A stretch of DNA of 64,000 nt, taken from the NCBI RefSeq assembly GCF_963921235.1, contig NC_086109.1, positions 14,882,001-14,946,000 of the forward strand, in the 5' to 3' direction. This document shows positions 51,700-64,000 of the stretch, piece after piece. A program made the translations under genes and the position numbers. Numbering within the stretch: the first letter of the stretch is position 1; the number at the start of each line of letters is the position of its first letter. This stretch comes from Mobula hypostoma (lineage: Eukaryota). The notes beneath the pieces were generated by a model. That model ran no database searches. It was given only the letters and a program-made list of their open reading frames with translations, and had not been told where the DNA came from.

Positions 51700-52690
51700 A
51701 CCCTAAGACGTAGGAGCAGAATTAGGCCATTCAGCCCATCAAGTCTGCTCTGCCATTCCATCATGATGGATTTATTATCCGTCTCAAACCCATTCTCCTG
51801 CCTTCTCCCCGTAACCTTTAATGCCCTGACTAATCAAGAACCCATCAACCTCCACTTTAAATATACTTAATGACTTGGCCTCAACAGCCATCTGCGACAA
51901 TGAATTTGACAGATTCGCTACCCTTTGGCTGTGGAAATTCCTCCTCATCTCTGTTTTGAATGGACGTCCTTCTATTCCGAGAATGTGCCCCCTAGTCCAA
52001 GTCTCACCCACTCTAAGAGAAATCCTCTCTACTCTGTCTAGGCATTTATATTTGATAGTTTTCAATGAGTTCTCCCTTCATTCTTCTAAACCCCAGCAAG
52101 TACAGGCCCAGAACTATCAAGTGCAACTCATACATTAACCCTTTCATTCCCAGAATCTTTCTCTTGAACCACCTCTGGACCTTCTCCAAAGCCAGCACAT
52201 GCTTTCTTAGATAAGGGGCACAAATCTGCTCCCAATACTCCACGTGCGGTCTGACTAAGGAGCTCTAAAGCCTCCGCTTGACATCCTTGCTCTTGTATTC
52301 TAGACCTCTTGAGATGAAGGCTAACACTGCACTTTCCTTCTTTACAACCGACTTAACCTGCAAGTTAACCTTTAGGGAACCCCACACGAGGACACCCAAG
52401 TCCCACTGTAGCTCTGATTTTCTCCCATTTAGAAAATAGTCTACACCTTTATTCTTTCTACCAAAGTGCATGACCATGCTCTTCCTTGCACTGTACTCCA
52501 CCCGTCACTTCTTTGCCCATTCTCAAAACCTGTCTAAGTCCTTCTGCCGTCTCCCAGCTTCCTAAACACTACCTGTCCCTCCACCTCTTTGTATCATCTG
52601 CATTCTTGGCCACAAAGCCATCAATTCTATCTTCCTAATCCTTAACCGACCCTCGTGGAATACCACTAGTCACCAGCAGCCAACCAGAAA
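51700..52690 (-). mobile_element. Degenerate CR1 LINE 3' portion, about 1 kb
   Basis: ORFs 51784-52065, 52046-52243 and 52265-52501 are frameshifted pieces of CR1 ORF2. Confidence 0.88.
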
Positions 52691-55463
52691 AGGGCAAAAG
52701 AGCAGAATTAAGGGATTAGAGATTTCTGAAAGCTGAAGAAAAATGGAATGAGAAATGCTGAAGCAGATTTCCAATAGGTTTAAGTTTGTCTTTATAATGA
52801 ACATGAAATAAGCACTCACATTAAGTGTGAAGGCAGGAAACACAGTTTGGACATATAACCACAAATTCAAGTTAGTCCATTTTCTAGAGCATCCCACTCA
52901 TGATCTCCGCTTCTAATTTAACTTCAGGCATACTTTCATCAAAGCTTTCGCCAGCTTGCTGAGTGCACATCAATGCTGCTTAGATGTAGCATGAGGAACT
53001 ATGACAGGCTGACCATCAATTGAATAGCTTTTACCTGAATTTCATGCAAAGAGGTCAAGCACCAACCCTGTTGGGCGCTATCAAAATTGATTGGCCCAAT
53101 TAATTAAGATGAGTTTGGAGTCAAGCTCCTGGTGTTGGCAGTGTTGAAACTTGGGCAGTGATGTTCTGATTCTGTTACTGAATTAATAATAAACCACTGA
53201 ATTATAATCATATCATGGCAGTTTGTGAACTTAAAAGCTGGCTAAAAAATAAACCAGGAAATAAATAACTAGTACCAGTAAAATTAACCCTGAGATTGCT
53301 GGAGTACAATAAACAACCCACTGTTCTTTTGCCATCACTACCCACATACAATTCCCTTCCTTTTCCGAAGCATTGACCTTCAACTTTCTTTGGAAGTGCT
53401 TATTTATAAAAAGATTAGATGTTCATGAAAGAGGCATTATTTTCACGTCAGTTTCCTGTCACCTCTTCACTCATCTCAAATAAAAACTAATTCATTATCT
53501 AGGGTTCTATCATTTGTTTAATAGCATTGATGGAGATCGTTCAACACAGTGAACCCAAACTGGATGTCCAGGAAATAGTAACCACTTGTTAGCACAACCC
53601 AGTACCACCTTTTCTCATAAATTTTTCTCTTCCCCGCCCATCTGTCCCACAATCTCTTTGACTTCCTATCATCAGGTGGGAGGCACCGCAGTACAAGTAT
53701 AAGAACTGTTAGGCTGGGTAACAGCTTCATCTCCCAGGCTGTGAGAATTCTGAACACTCTGCTACCACACAGTACACGTTATTTATGATGACACTGTAGG
53801 TAGCATTATACTGTTGTATATTTAACTACATGTCACTTTATGTCAATTTATACATTTACAGGATTTTTTTTATCTGTTAGTATTTTTGTGTTATATTACT
53901 TTATGCGCTGTATGTGATACATATACTGTGTTTTACACCGTGGTCCCAGAGGAACATTGTTTCATTTAGCTGTATACATGTGTATGGCTGAATGACAATA
54001 AAACTGAACTTGAAAACCTTTTATGGCAGGGGTTCCCAACTAGGGGTTCAATACCAGGGATCCCTTGCTTTATGGCATTGGACCATGGCATCAAAACAGT
54101 TGGGAACCCTGGTTTATGGATTCTATTTCTATCATTGTGCTAAAAACTCCCTGCATAATAAACTTAGTTTTTTTTCTTAAGACTTGGAATTTTTGTCTTT
54201 ATCTTTTAAATTTGCGTTGAAGTGTTTATCATTTCATATATATGGCCAAGTGGAAATTATTTCTCAATCTACTTCTGTCAAGGCACCTCAAGCTTCTTTG
54301 TTCAAATGGAAACTGAAAGTGTCTCTAGTCAATCCTAACAACCAAAGCCCTTCATTCACAATAAGTCACTCCTGCCTACTCGACATGATTTTAACACTCG
54401 TGGTAAAGTAGGATATAAAAACTGGATTCAAATTTTTTTCTGCATTCTTCTGTGTGAGATGCAATGAATATTTTGTTATTTTCCAGGATACGGAAATTAG
54501 TATCAAGGCCAATATTCATTGCTGCCAAACTCTAACCAGCCTTGTACTAAGTGACTTGTTGGGCCATTTAAGAGCCTGGAGTCCATATCAGCCAGATTGG
54601 GCAAGAATTACAGATACCCTTCATGAAGGAGGACATTAATAAACAGTTGGGCTTTACAACATTCCAGTAGTTCTATGCTCATCACTTGCTGACACCAGCT
54701 TTTCATTCCAGAGGACTTAATTAAATCCCCCAGATACCATGATCGTCTTTAGATTAAGCAGATTGGACCTAAACTCTTCAGTTTAGAAGAATTAAAGGTA
54801 CTATCTATGAAGCATGTAAAGGTCTAGAATTTGACAGGCTAGATCACTATGCTTCTAGATCCAGCAGTCAGTCTCAAAATGAGGGATCAGCCATTCAGGA
54901 CATATTTGAAAAATTAATTTCTTCACTCAAAAGAATGGTAGGCCTTGGAATTTTCTACCCAAGAGGGCTGTGATGGCTCAGACTATGAGCAGGACTATGA
55001 GCATATGTGCAAGGCAGGGTTCCTGGATGTTTAGATATTGAGGGAATCAAAAAGTATTGCAGTAATAATTCATTTCCTTCTAAATTCCAGATTATTAACT
55101 AATTTTAACTGAAGCAATGGTATTTTACTTTAGGTCCCTTTTGTTAATAAAGACTGCAGGGTTCCAACTCAGTCCAATAATTCCACAGTTGCACTATCAC
55201 CAGTCCTGTCAGCAGAACTAAAGGATGTTTTTGAACAAGGCACCATACAAATGCAACCATTTTTGTTAGTTTCTTCATTTTCAACTTAGCAGCCTCATAT
55301 TTTACTGACAAACTCCTTCCTCCTCAAAAACAAGAAAGCAGTCTGTTAATCCACTATGGAAAGCCAAAGGCACATCTCCCATCCCCAATAGAAATAATCA
55401 ACATTTTCCCCCAGAGTAATGCTAGTCAAACAGGGTGAAGACAGTACTTATAGGGTCAATTAC

Positions 55464-55656
55464 CTAGCTGCCCATGTGATAGGAATCCTATGAGCTGCAT
55501 AGATGGTGAAAGTAAGAGGACTATCAACGAGGCGTGCACTCTGTGTCTGAGTATCCTTCCGACTTGGAGCCACTGGCTGGAAATCTGCATTAAAGCTGTT
55601 ACAGTAGAGCTCCACCAGGTCCAAGATGGCAGCTGTTAAAGACTCTCCAATTATCG
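55464..55656 (-). CDS. pik3c2b: PIK3C2B exon, 193 bp: (A)IIGESLTAAILDLVELYCNSFNADFQ...TIYAAHRIPITWAA(S)
   Basis: tacag acceptor, AG|gtaatt donor; LTAAILDLVELYCN motif; phase 1/2. Confidence 0.95.
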
Positions 55657-58600
55657 CTGTAATGAGAGAAATAGACAGTAAGGAATCTGGCTCTATTATC
55701 ACATTTCTGAACATCATATGCCATTTTTCTGCTAGATGGAAGGGTTCCTTTAATGGCTTATTTGACTTGTTCTGGATTTTGACCCCCTTCACCTTAATGC
55801 AGTGGAGAATTCCCAGTAATAAGCTGTGATAATGACTCATCCTTATTTACTCCCTGATTTTACTCACTGGCTGTTGAATTTTTACACAGCCCTTCTTCTG
55901 CAATAGGAAAGAATGGGTTAAGTGTACCTTCCAGCAATTACATAGGCTCTAGATGAAGCCATTAGATTCAGTTGAGTCATTATTTCAGAGTGGCCTGAGC
56001 AGTGTCTTCACTGGCAACACCACACATAGGCTGTGGAAGAAGACTCACAGGACTTAATTTTCCAAAGTAGTCCTGCATGCAGGGTGTTATGAGGAAAACC
56101 CAACTTATACCCACCCACTCTGTATGCATACAGGATGAATGATTACTTGAGTAAGATGCTACAAGGTAACTGATGTCCCAGGAAATATTCGAAACAGCAA
56201 GAGTGTTTTTCAGGTGACAACAATGTCTCAAAAAGGTGGCATTCATCATTAAGGACCTCCATCACCTAGGGCATGTCCTCTTCTCATTGCTACCATCAGG
56301 GAAGAGGTACAGGACCCTGAAAGCGCATACTCAATGATTCAGGAACAGCTTCTTCTCCTCTACCTTCATTGTTTCTGAATGGACATTGAACCCATGAACA
56401 TGACCTCACTGGCTTTTTTCCCCATTTTTTATTACTTGTTTAATTAAACTTTATATACAAATTATTGTTAAAGTGTGAGTGTGTATATATATTACACACA
56501 CACACTTTTACTATAATTTATAATTTTTATTATGTATTGCAATGTACTGCTGCCACTAAAAGATAAAGACTAAAACTTGAGTGTGATTTTATAGGAAAAA
56601 TAATTTCAGCAATTTCAACTTCTAGAGGTGATACATTGAAAGAGAAAATTAAATGTATTCCCAATTAGCCCCAGGGAACTCTCTTGCACAGTAAAGCAAA
56701 CCGGTGGGTTGTGAAATATACCCTTTGAGTAATCAGAAGCAGAAAACCTGGAGGCATTGTCTGAATGCAAAACTGAAAGGCTTGCCTTGGCTTGTCTGAT
56801 TTAGAGAGATTAGGCCTTAAAATTACTGACAATAATCATGACCCAAGCAAGATTAGCTTTCCTACGAGATGAAGGAAGTTGTAAACCTGTCCCTCTACAG
56901 AAGAAAGTTCCACTGGTGCCAACAGACACCCCAGTGCGTCTGCAAAGGGCACTAGATCAGGGATGACATGGTAGGGTAGTGGTTAACACGACACTATTAC
57001 AGCGCCAGCGATCACCATTTAATTGCTGCCACTACCTGTAAGGAGCTTGTACGTCCTCCCCGTGACCACGTGGTTTTCCTTTGGGTGCTTCAGTTTCCCC
57101 CCCACGTTGCAAAGACGCACGAGTTAGGGTTAGCAAGCTGTAGGCATGCTATGTTGGCACTGGAGGTGTGGCCGCACTTGTGGGCTGCCCAGCACAACCC
57201 TTGCTGATTTGATTTGATACAAACGACACGCTTCACTGTATGTTTTGAAGTACATATGACAAATAAAGCTGGTTTTAAAAATCTTTCTTAATCATCCAAT
57301 GAGATCGTTGCAACTAAGCTTTCTCTATTGTTTAATAAAACTAGGAAATTCTGGAAATACTCAGCATCTACAGAAAGAGTACTAGTTAAAAATTTTTGAG
57401 ATCCTTCCTCAGAACTGGATTTTCTTCCATTTTTCAATGTTTCAATGTACATGTGGCAAATAGAGCTAATCCTTTATCTTTAACATTCATTGTGGAAGGA
57501 GTGTTGGTGGGAGTGTTAGCATTCAGTGACATTGTGGGCCAAAAGGCCTGTACTGTACTGTAATGTAATATTCTGTGTTCTTTGACAGTCTAGAGTGCAG
57601 TGAACCTCCATCATTTACAGATACGTGGCCTGGACAACAACCACATCTTAACAGTTTCGCCTAGAGCCCATGTTAAATTGAAAAAATGCTTTTAACCCAT
57701 TCATTCCTATGGCAAAAGAAGGACTGTGTAAAAATCCAACAGCCTATCCAGTAAAAAGCAGGAAGGAATTAAAGCAGGGGTATCAACCTTTTTTATGCCA
57801 TGGACCAATAACTTTAAACAAAGGGTCCATGGACCCTAGAATTAAGGAATAATCATTCTATCGTTGCAAAGCTGGACTAGGTTGCCAAATTGTATACAAC
57901 TTGTGCTTCTACAGATAGCTAAACAAAACTGGTAGAGGAAGTTTTCTTCAATTTTTTTCTTTGGTGTGAATTCCAGAAACAAAGCTGATTATTTAATCCT
58001 TTCCTGAATTCAATCATTTCCTTCCAGCAGCTTCAACGGGAAGCTCAGTGCACAAAAGGTATTCTCTCAGTTCGCTTTCCAATGGTGAGCATTAAGAACT
58101 TTAAGTATGCGAACAACTCCAGTGGTAGCTGTACATGGTTGTGCAAGCCCGAAAATCCCAGGTAAAGATCTACGTCGGTGCTAAATGAGCTGGAGTGTGA
58201 CTAAAGGCCCTGACGCAGTGCATGATCCTTCATGAAGAGTCACGAGCTGGAAAATGCACGTGTTTGTAAAGTGAGGATTACTTGACATTTCCACATGATG
58301 TCTTCAACAGCTCAGCAACATTGTATGCCGCAGACAAAGAATGAGACATTAGACTAGTTTGCTAATGCCCATGGATTTGTATCCTAATGATGGTTAAAGG
58401 AAGAAATCTGTGGAAGTTTGAGTTATTGGTGAAATTAACTGAAAAAAATTATAGAAAATAATCTTTAGTTAAGCATAATACAATAAAACCAAGGGACAAT
58501 GGAATTGATATGTATGAAGTGCCTATTCACTCTAGGATTAAGGCTGACACTAGGAATGAAGGTTTATTTTTCAAACGTCTGGCACCCAATAAGCAATATT

Positions 58601-58845
58601 CTCCACTCTGCTCAGAGAAGGCGTGTGAAGCAAGAGCTGGGAACAACATTAGGATATTTTCTGAAGTTACAACAATATAACCATAATGCTTCAAAACATG
58701 AACAATCCCTTGGGAGAGAACAGAAACCAATGCAGAATGAGGTAATTAAATCCATTCTACGGCTCTGTTATTTCCTTCTCTTGATGGACCACACTCACAG
58801 CAACAACCATCACATGCCAAGCTAATGAAATGCCTAATCACATAC

Positions 58846-58879
58846 CTCGATTCTCTTTTCTTGCCAGCATGCTAGGATC
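58846..58879 (-). CDS. pik3c2b: PIK3C2B micro-exon, 34 bp: DPSMLARKENR
   Basis: ctgcag acceptor, G|gtatgt donor; resembles recalled DPSVLAVRENR; phase 0/1 is required to keep frame with the next exon. Confidence 0.9.
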
Positions 58880-59586
58880 CTGCAGAAATATGAAAGGATA
58901 CTGATTAGTTAGGCAGCTTGCAGGACACATCATACCTTTGCCTTCAAACTTTTTCTACCAAATGATTCTTTCCACTTCCAGAACAAAGCGGATAGTTTGA
59001 AGAACACCATACACAATTACTAAATGACACAAAAGAGTTTTCATTAGAAAATACTCCTGATTTCCAGTGAAGTGAGTGAAAAACTTGCATTTCCTTCGTT
59101 CCATTTCACAACATCAGGATATTCCGATGGAACTTAAGGCCAATGTTGGAAGTGTAGTTGGTGGTGCTTATTTAGGAAGTGTCATCTCTATCATGTACAC
59201 ATGTAGATGTCATAAATAGCAATGATCAGAAAATCTACTTTAAGTACAGAGAGACAGACAGACAGACAGACTTTGGCCAGCCATTCAATAGAATTTCCAT
59301 GAACTTGCTTGAAATAGTGCCATGGGATCTGTTACACAGTTAGCTCCTAATACAAATCAGATGGAGGGGAAATAAATTGGAATAAGAAATGATAAGGACC
59401 AGCTGTTTTACTACAATGTTACATGTTAATAGGTCATTTTATTAGTTGGGACAGTCCTGTGCCTTGATGGAGGACTTCAAAGGAAAATCACATGGTTGAT
59501 CCTTGGAGTCAAGTGTCACAATTTTTCTTTAGGGAAATGAAAAGATTCAAAAACTATCTAACAGATTTATACAAGTAAATAGATAC

Positions 59587-60170
59587 AGTGGATTCTGGTT
59601 AATTACGCCATTGGTTAATAAGGGCAGCCACTTAATTGGGACAACTCTTAAAGAACAAAAGCTAATCAATAAAATTGCTGGAATTCTTTCTGTTCATTTG
59701 GGACACATGCCACTTCATTGGGGCAGGAAGCCGTTAGCAAACAATTTCTAACTAGCGTCAGTTGTGAGCGCTTCTATGGCTGTTAGACTCTACACGCTGC
59801 TTAGAGCAAAATTTTTAAATAGCATCAGTTCCATGTTGTTTTGTGTTCAATATGCAGTGATTTTGTCACAGACCGTTGGTGAGAATGAAGCAGTAAGACA
59901 ATTCAAGTCTGTTTTGCTCACTGTGCTTTCGTGCATTCAGGCTTAGAAATGCCAGAAATGGCCACGAATGAAAATGAAACAATTTCACTACTTCAACAAA
60001 TACAGTATTACGAAGAATTTGAAGGTATTGGCAATCATATTGAATGTTATAATAGAAATGAAGATTTGGAGGATGCAATTGTCAAAAGCATTGTATGAAG
60101 GCAGTCTATTATCTGCAATAGTGTCCATGTTGATTTTGTTCATTTACAGTCAATCAAAAGTGTTCATGAT
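59587..60170 (+). mobile_element. Tigger-like DNA transposon remnant
   Basis: TA|cagtggattctggttaatt start and subterminal ttaattgggac repeats; right end not clearly found. Confidence 0.5.
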
Positions 60171-60612
60171 TTCTTGAAGTCTATTATTAGAAACCCAAAT
60201 GAAAATGAGAATGTCAAAGTCCTGAGATACTCATGAAGGACAGTTATGGTAAATGTCACAAATGAAGAGGAAATGGTCAAAAAAAGAGCTTTGAACAATA
60301 GGAATACAAGGGTCCAATGTCAAAGCACATTTATTTTTTTAGTTAAGGAGAATCTTGTGGATGTTTCTCTAACTAAAATACAGGTGTCTATGTCACATTC
60401 AGAGTTATACAGCACCGAAGCAGACTTTTCAGCCCAACTTGTCCATGCTGACCAAGATGTCTGGGCTAGTTCCATTGATCTACATTTGGTTCAAATCCTA
60501 TAAATGTTTTCTCTCCATGAACCTGTGTAATTATCTTTGAAACACTATAAGTGTATCCACCTTTACAGCTTTCTCTAGGGGTTCATTTCATATACCCACC
60601 ACCCTTTATTTC

Positions 60613-60790
60613 TGCAACACGAGGAAATCTGCAGATGCTGGAATTTCAAGCAACACACATAAAAGTTGCTGGTGAACGCAGCAGGCCAGACAGCATCTCT
60701 AGGAAGAGGTACAGTTGACGTTTCGGGCCGAGACCCTTCGTCAGGACTAACTGAAAGAAGAGCTAGTACTAGCAACTTTTATGTGTGTTG
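60613..60790 (-). mobile_element. Young Penelope-like short insert with a hammerhead motif (60712-60749) and an inverted 20-bp terminal copy
   Basis: Minus strand UAGUC-CUGACGA-A-GGG-ucucgg-CCC-GAAAC-GUC|AACUG; 12-bp TSD accctttatttc at 60601-60612 and 60791-60802; 60771-60790 is the inverse of 60651-60670. Confidence 0.85.
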
Positions 60791-62111
60791 ACCCTTTATT
60801 TCCCCTCAGATCCTATAAAACATTTCCTCGCACACTACACTCTCTGGCATTGCTGGCTAAGCACATGGTAGAACTTCCTGAGGGACACCACCAATTTACC
60901 AATCACAAAAATTGTGATGGGAGATAGTTGGGACAAAATAGATTCCAAGTCAACCCCTTCGGTCCTCAAACACTAATGTTGTGTGTTAATGGATTGGAAG
61001 TGTGATGACACTTCCAGTGATTAAAATATAGAGTGTTTTTAAAAAACGACAGCTGAGAATATGAGTTAAAGTGTGAATCATGAAAAATATGAAAGGGATT
61101 CCTTCATTATTAAATATATTCATAACCTAATCTGGGTGCAAAACTGGTCATCAGGTGGTAAGGTGAGTTCAACAGCATCACTTTACCACCAAGTTTCAAA
61201 GTAGACAAAAGGGATCAAAGTCCAATTTGTTGACTGGTTGTAAAAGTTTGAGGTGACGTGTGTTTTATCTTCAGTCTATGGCAGGTGGTAAGTGAACAAT
61301 ATTTCAAACTACACATGACTCATCAAGAATAATGACACCAAATGTGAGAAGACTGACTTGTGCAATCTTACTCTGAACATGAACAACAGATATAGATACA
61401 AAAACAAAACTGAGAGAAATTAAAATTGGGTAAGAGTCTTGAAAAACATGTTACAGTAAACAGGGTGTCAACTGCAGCTTAGTGGCAATGGATCAAACGT
61501 TGTTGGTTCTACTTCCATTCCAGGGACTTGTCACATAATCCAGCAAAGCAGTGTGCAGGAGGAAGGGAATGCCACTATGGAATTTAGTACTTCTTGGACA
61601 AGACAGAGTCTGTACTCTTCCAAGGATGCAAAACATTTTTTAATGCTAATCTTGAGAGATCACTTCAATATCCCCCTCTGCAATGTCCTAAACAATACCT
61701 TTTGTCCTTAATCAACAATCACTTATAAAATAGATTAATTGGCACCTCACTCAAGACACCATGGACAAACTTATCTTATAGTTTAACGGATAAGGATGAT
61801 TATATTTGAAAGTGCTTCATTAGCTGTAAAAGATTGAAAGGTCATCTGTCAACAGCCAGAAAGTACACAGCTCAGACTGACATGAGCCAGAAACAAAATA
61901 TGCTATGTGTCACCTCTTTCTAACTAATCAGTACAGAAGTGGTCATCCAGAAATAGAAACACAAGATTAAAAATAGAAAGAGGAAGAGACTTTTAAGTTT
62001 CGGCAAGAGACATTTACACAATCATTGCATTCATTTAAAAATAATAATATACCGATGACAGCAACAGAAACACTTGGGAGATCGGAAGGAAATGGAAGTG
62101 GGTTGCCGCAC

Positions 62112-62258
62112 CTTCTGTATCCTAGGATGCAGCCGTGAGGGGCAGGGTGGCAATTGGTTCAAAGCATTGGTTATCTCCTGTGTTTCAATTAACGCAAGCG
62201 CGTTGCAAATTGCCATCACAGACTGGACCACTCTCTCAGCTTTCGGTGAATGATCAGC
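62112..62258 (-). CDS. pik3c2b: PIK3C2B exon, 147 bp: ADHSPKAERVVQSVMAICNALALIETQEITNALNQLPPCPSRLHPRIQK
   Basis: ttgcag acceptor, AAG|gtgcgg donor; matches recalled RVVQSVKAICNALAAVETPEITSALNQLPPCPSR; phase 0/0. Confidence 0.95.
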
Positions 62259-63945
62259 CTGCAAATAATAAATATACTTCAGATAAACAAAAGAATACCC
62301 AGACTCTTTTCTGCTCAGTAATTGAACATAGCATGCATAATAGTTTACTGGAATTGCTGGATTACTGGAATTGCTGCTTTCACAAGGATCAAATATTGTA
62401 AAGGAGTAATCTTTTCCGTCTTAAATTTTATGGATGGGGATCCACTTACTACCAGAGGTCACCTGCCACATCAACTCCAGTCCAAAGTTTGGCTGAGACA
62501 TGCTTCAACAATAACCTCTCACTCGGTGTCAACAAAATCAAATGTGTGATTATTGACCACAGGAGAAGGAAACGAAAGGCTCGTGAGTCAGTCCTCATGG
62601 GGGGAATTGGAGGCAGAGAGGCTCACGAGCTTTAAATCTATTAATGTTGACATATCAGAAGATTTGTCTTTGGAGCAGCACAAATCTACATATTAATTTG
62701 TTGGAATTAAACTCTGCCCACAAAACTGAGAATGAGCTGATTGCACTGTTGTGAAGGCTCTTAAATTGTGCAGTTTGTTTTAGGTAGTAGAATACTAACT
62801 TCATTCGTTATGTGCTGTGTCAGTAGACATGGGTGATCATAGTCCTTCCATGACCATGACTGTTCTTGGCAAATTTTTCTACAGAAATGGTTTGCCATTG
62901 CCTTCTTCTGGGCAGTGTCTTTACAAGATGGGTGACCCCAGTCATTATCAACACTTCAGAGATTGTCTGCCTGGCGTCAGTGGTCACATAACCAGGACTT
63001 GCCAATGTGCACCAGTTGCTTATACAACCTCCTGCCATGGCTTCATGTGACCCTGACTGGGAAGCTAAGCAGGTGCTACACCTTGCCCAAGGGTGACCTG
63101 CAGGCTAGCAGAGGGAAGGAGCACCTTACACCTTCTTTGGTAGAGACGTATCTCCACCCCACCACCCGAGATACCAACTAATAGGCACAATTTTGAAAAA
63201 TTTACAGTGAAAATAATTAATGTTATTTCAGCTCCGTACGCTTTATGAATGATTTTTAGATTTGGGTAAATAATTTGAACCTATTTTCACTTGTACCCAT
63301 TACCAGTCTTTAATATCCCAAGCAATACTATTTTTTGTGTAAATGGTCGCATTTGCAACTTTAAATGCATTTTGAATGAAATGTTCTGATTGAACTGAAT
63401 TTTGAAATTCAGTCCCTACACAGTAACTGCTAGTAATGACTATTGAGAAACCTGGACCTTTGTCTCAATCAGTGCAAGGCCTGGCCTCATTCTGTTGTTG
63501 GTCCCTCTTCCTGACAACACTCAATACCAAACACAAAAACTCACAAAGTCGTCAGTCCTGGAGGTACCCAAGGTTTAAAAACCCTGAAGGGACAAGTTAT
63601 TTTATGGAAAAAGTAAAAGAAAATTTAGGGGAACAGAATTATCATATATATAGCTCTTCACAATGTTGACTGAGAGCAGAATTAGAATTAGGGTTAACGT
63701 CATCACAGGCATATGTCTTGAAAATTGCTGTTTTGCAGGAGACGTACAAATGAAAAGAATAATAAAACTATAAATTACAATTATATATAAAATTTAAATT
63801 AAATAAGTAGTGCTAAAAGAGAAAAAGATAGTCAGGTACTGTACATGAATTCATGTTACAGGTGAATGAGCTGTCCAAGGCTGCATCAACCCAAGGCATC
63901 AGATAAAAAGACTTCAAAGCATTATTTTGTTGCCACATTACGTAC

Positions 63946-64000
63946 CTCCGCCATCAGAAAGCTATCCACCTCGTTTTGGTAGGTGTTGAAGAGAAGGGTC
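63946..64000 (-). CDS. pik3c2b: PIK3C2B coding exon, partial (runs off the window end): TLLFNTYQNEVDSFLMAE
   Basis: Translation resembles recalled vertebrate PIK3C2B (LLFDTYHNEVDAFLLAD); donor GAG|gtacgt; phase 0 joins the next exon. Confidence 0.9.

Noticed and set aside
7519..64000. Assignment to PIK3C2A or PIK3C2G
   Set aside because: Peptides such as LASAPSWEWACLPDIY, IDFPTSAFD and PPGSSSEA match recalled PIK3C2B best; a reciprocal BLAST would confirm.

Overview
This is eukaryotic, repeat-rich vertebrate genomic DNA; the repeat landscape suggests a cartilaginous fish such as a ray or shark (inference). The whole window lies inside one minus-strand gene, class II PI3-kinase beta (PIK3C2B). 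Eleven GT-AG coding exons join in frame, running from the region upstream of the PI3K-C2 domain through that domain and into the helical (PIK) domain. The gene continues beyond both window ends. The introns hold CR1 and Rex/Babar/L2-like LINE fragments, tRNA- and RTE-related SINEs, Tc1, Tigger and hAT DNA elements, and a probable solo LTR. The most notable feature is a multi-copy family of short Penelope-like inserts carrying minimal type I hammerhead ribozyme motifs (CUGANGA-stem II-GAAAC-GUC). Several are young, have 10-14 bp target-site duplications (TSDs) and form head-to-head palindromes. A second, diverged palindromic hammerhead-like family is also present. Most ORFs in the supplied track are spurious or transposon remnants. 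All family and orthology calls come from recall, not database searches.
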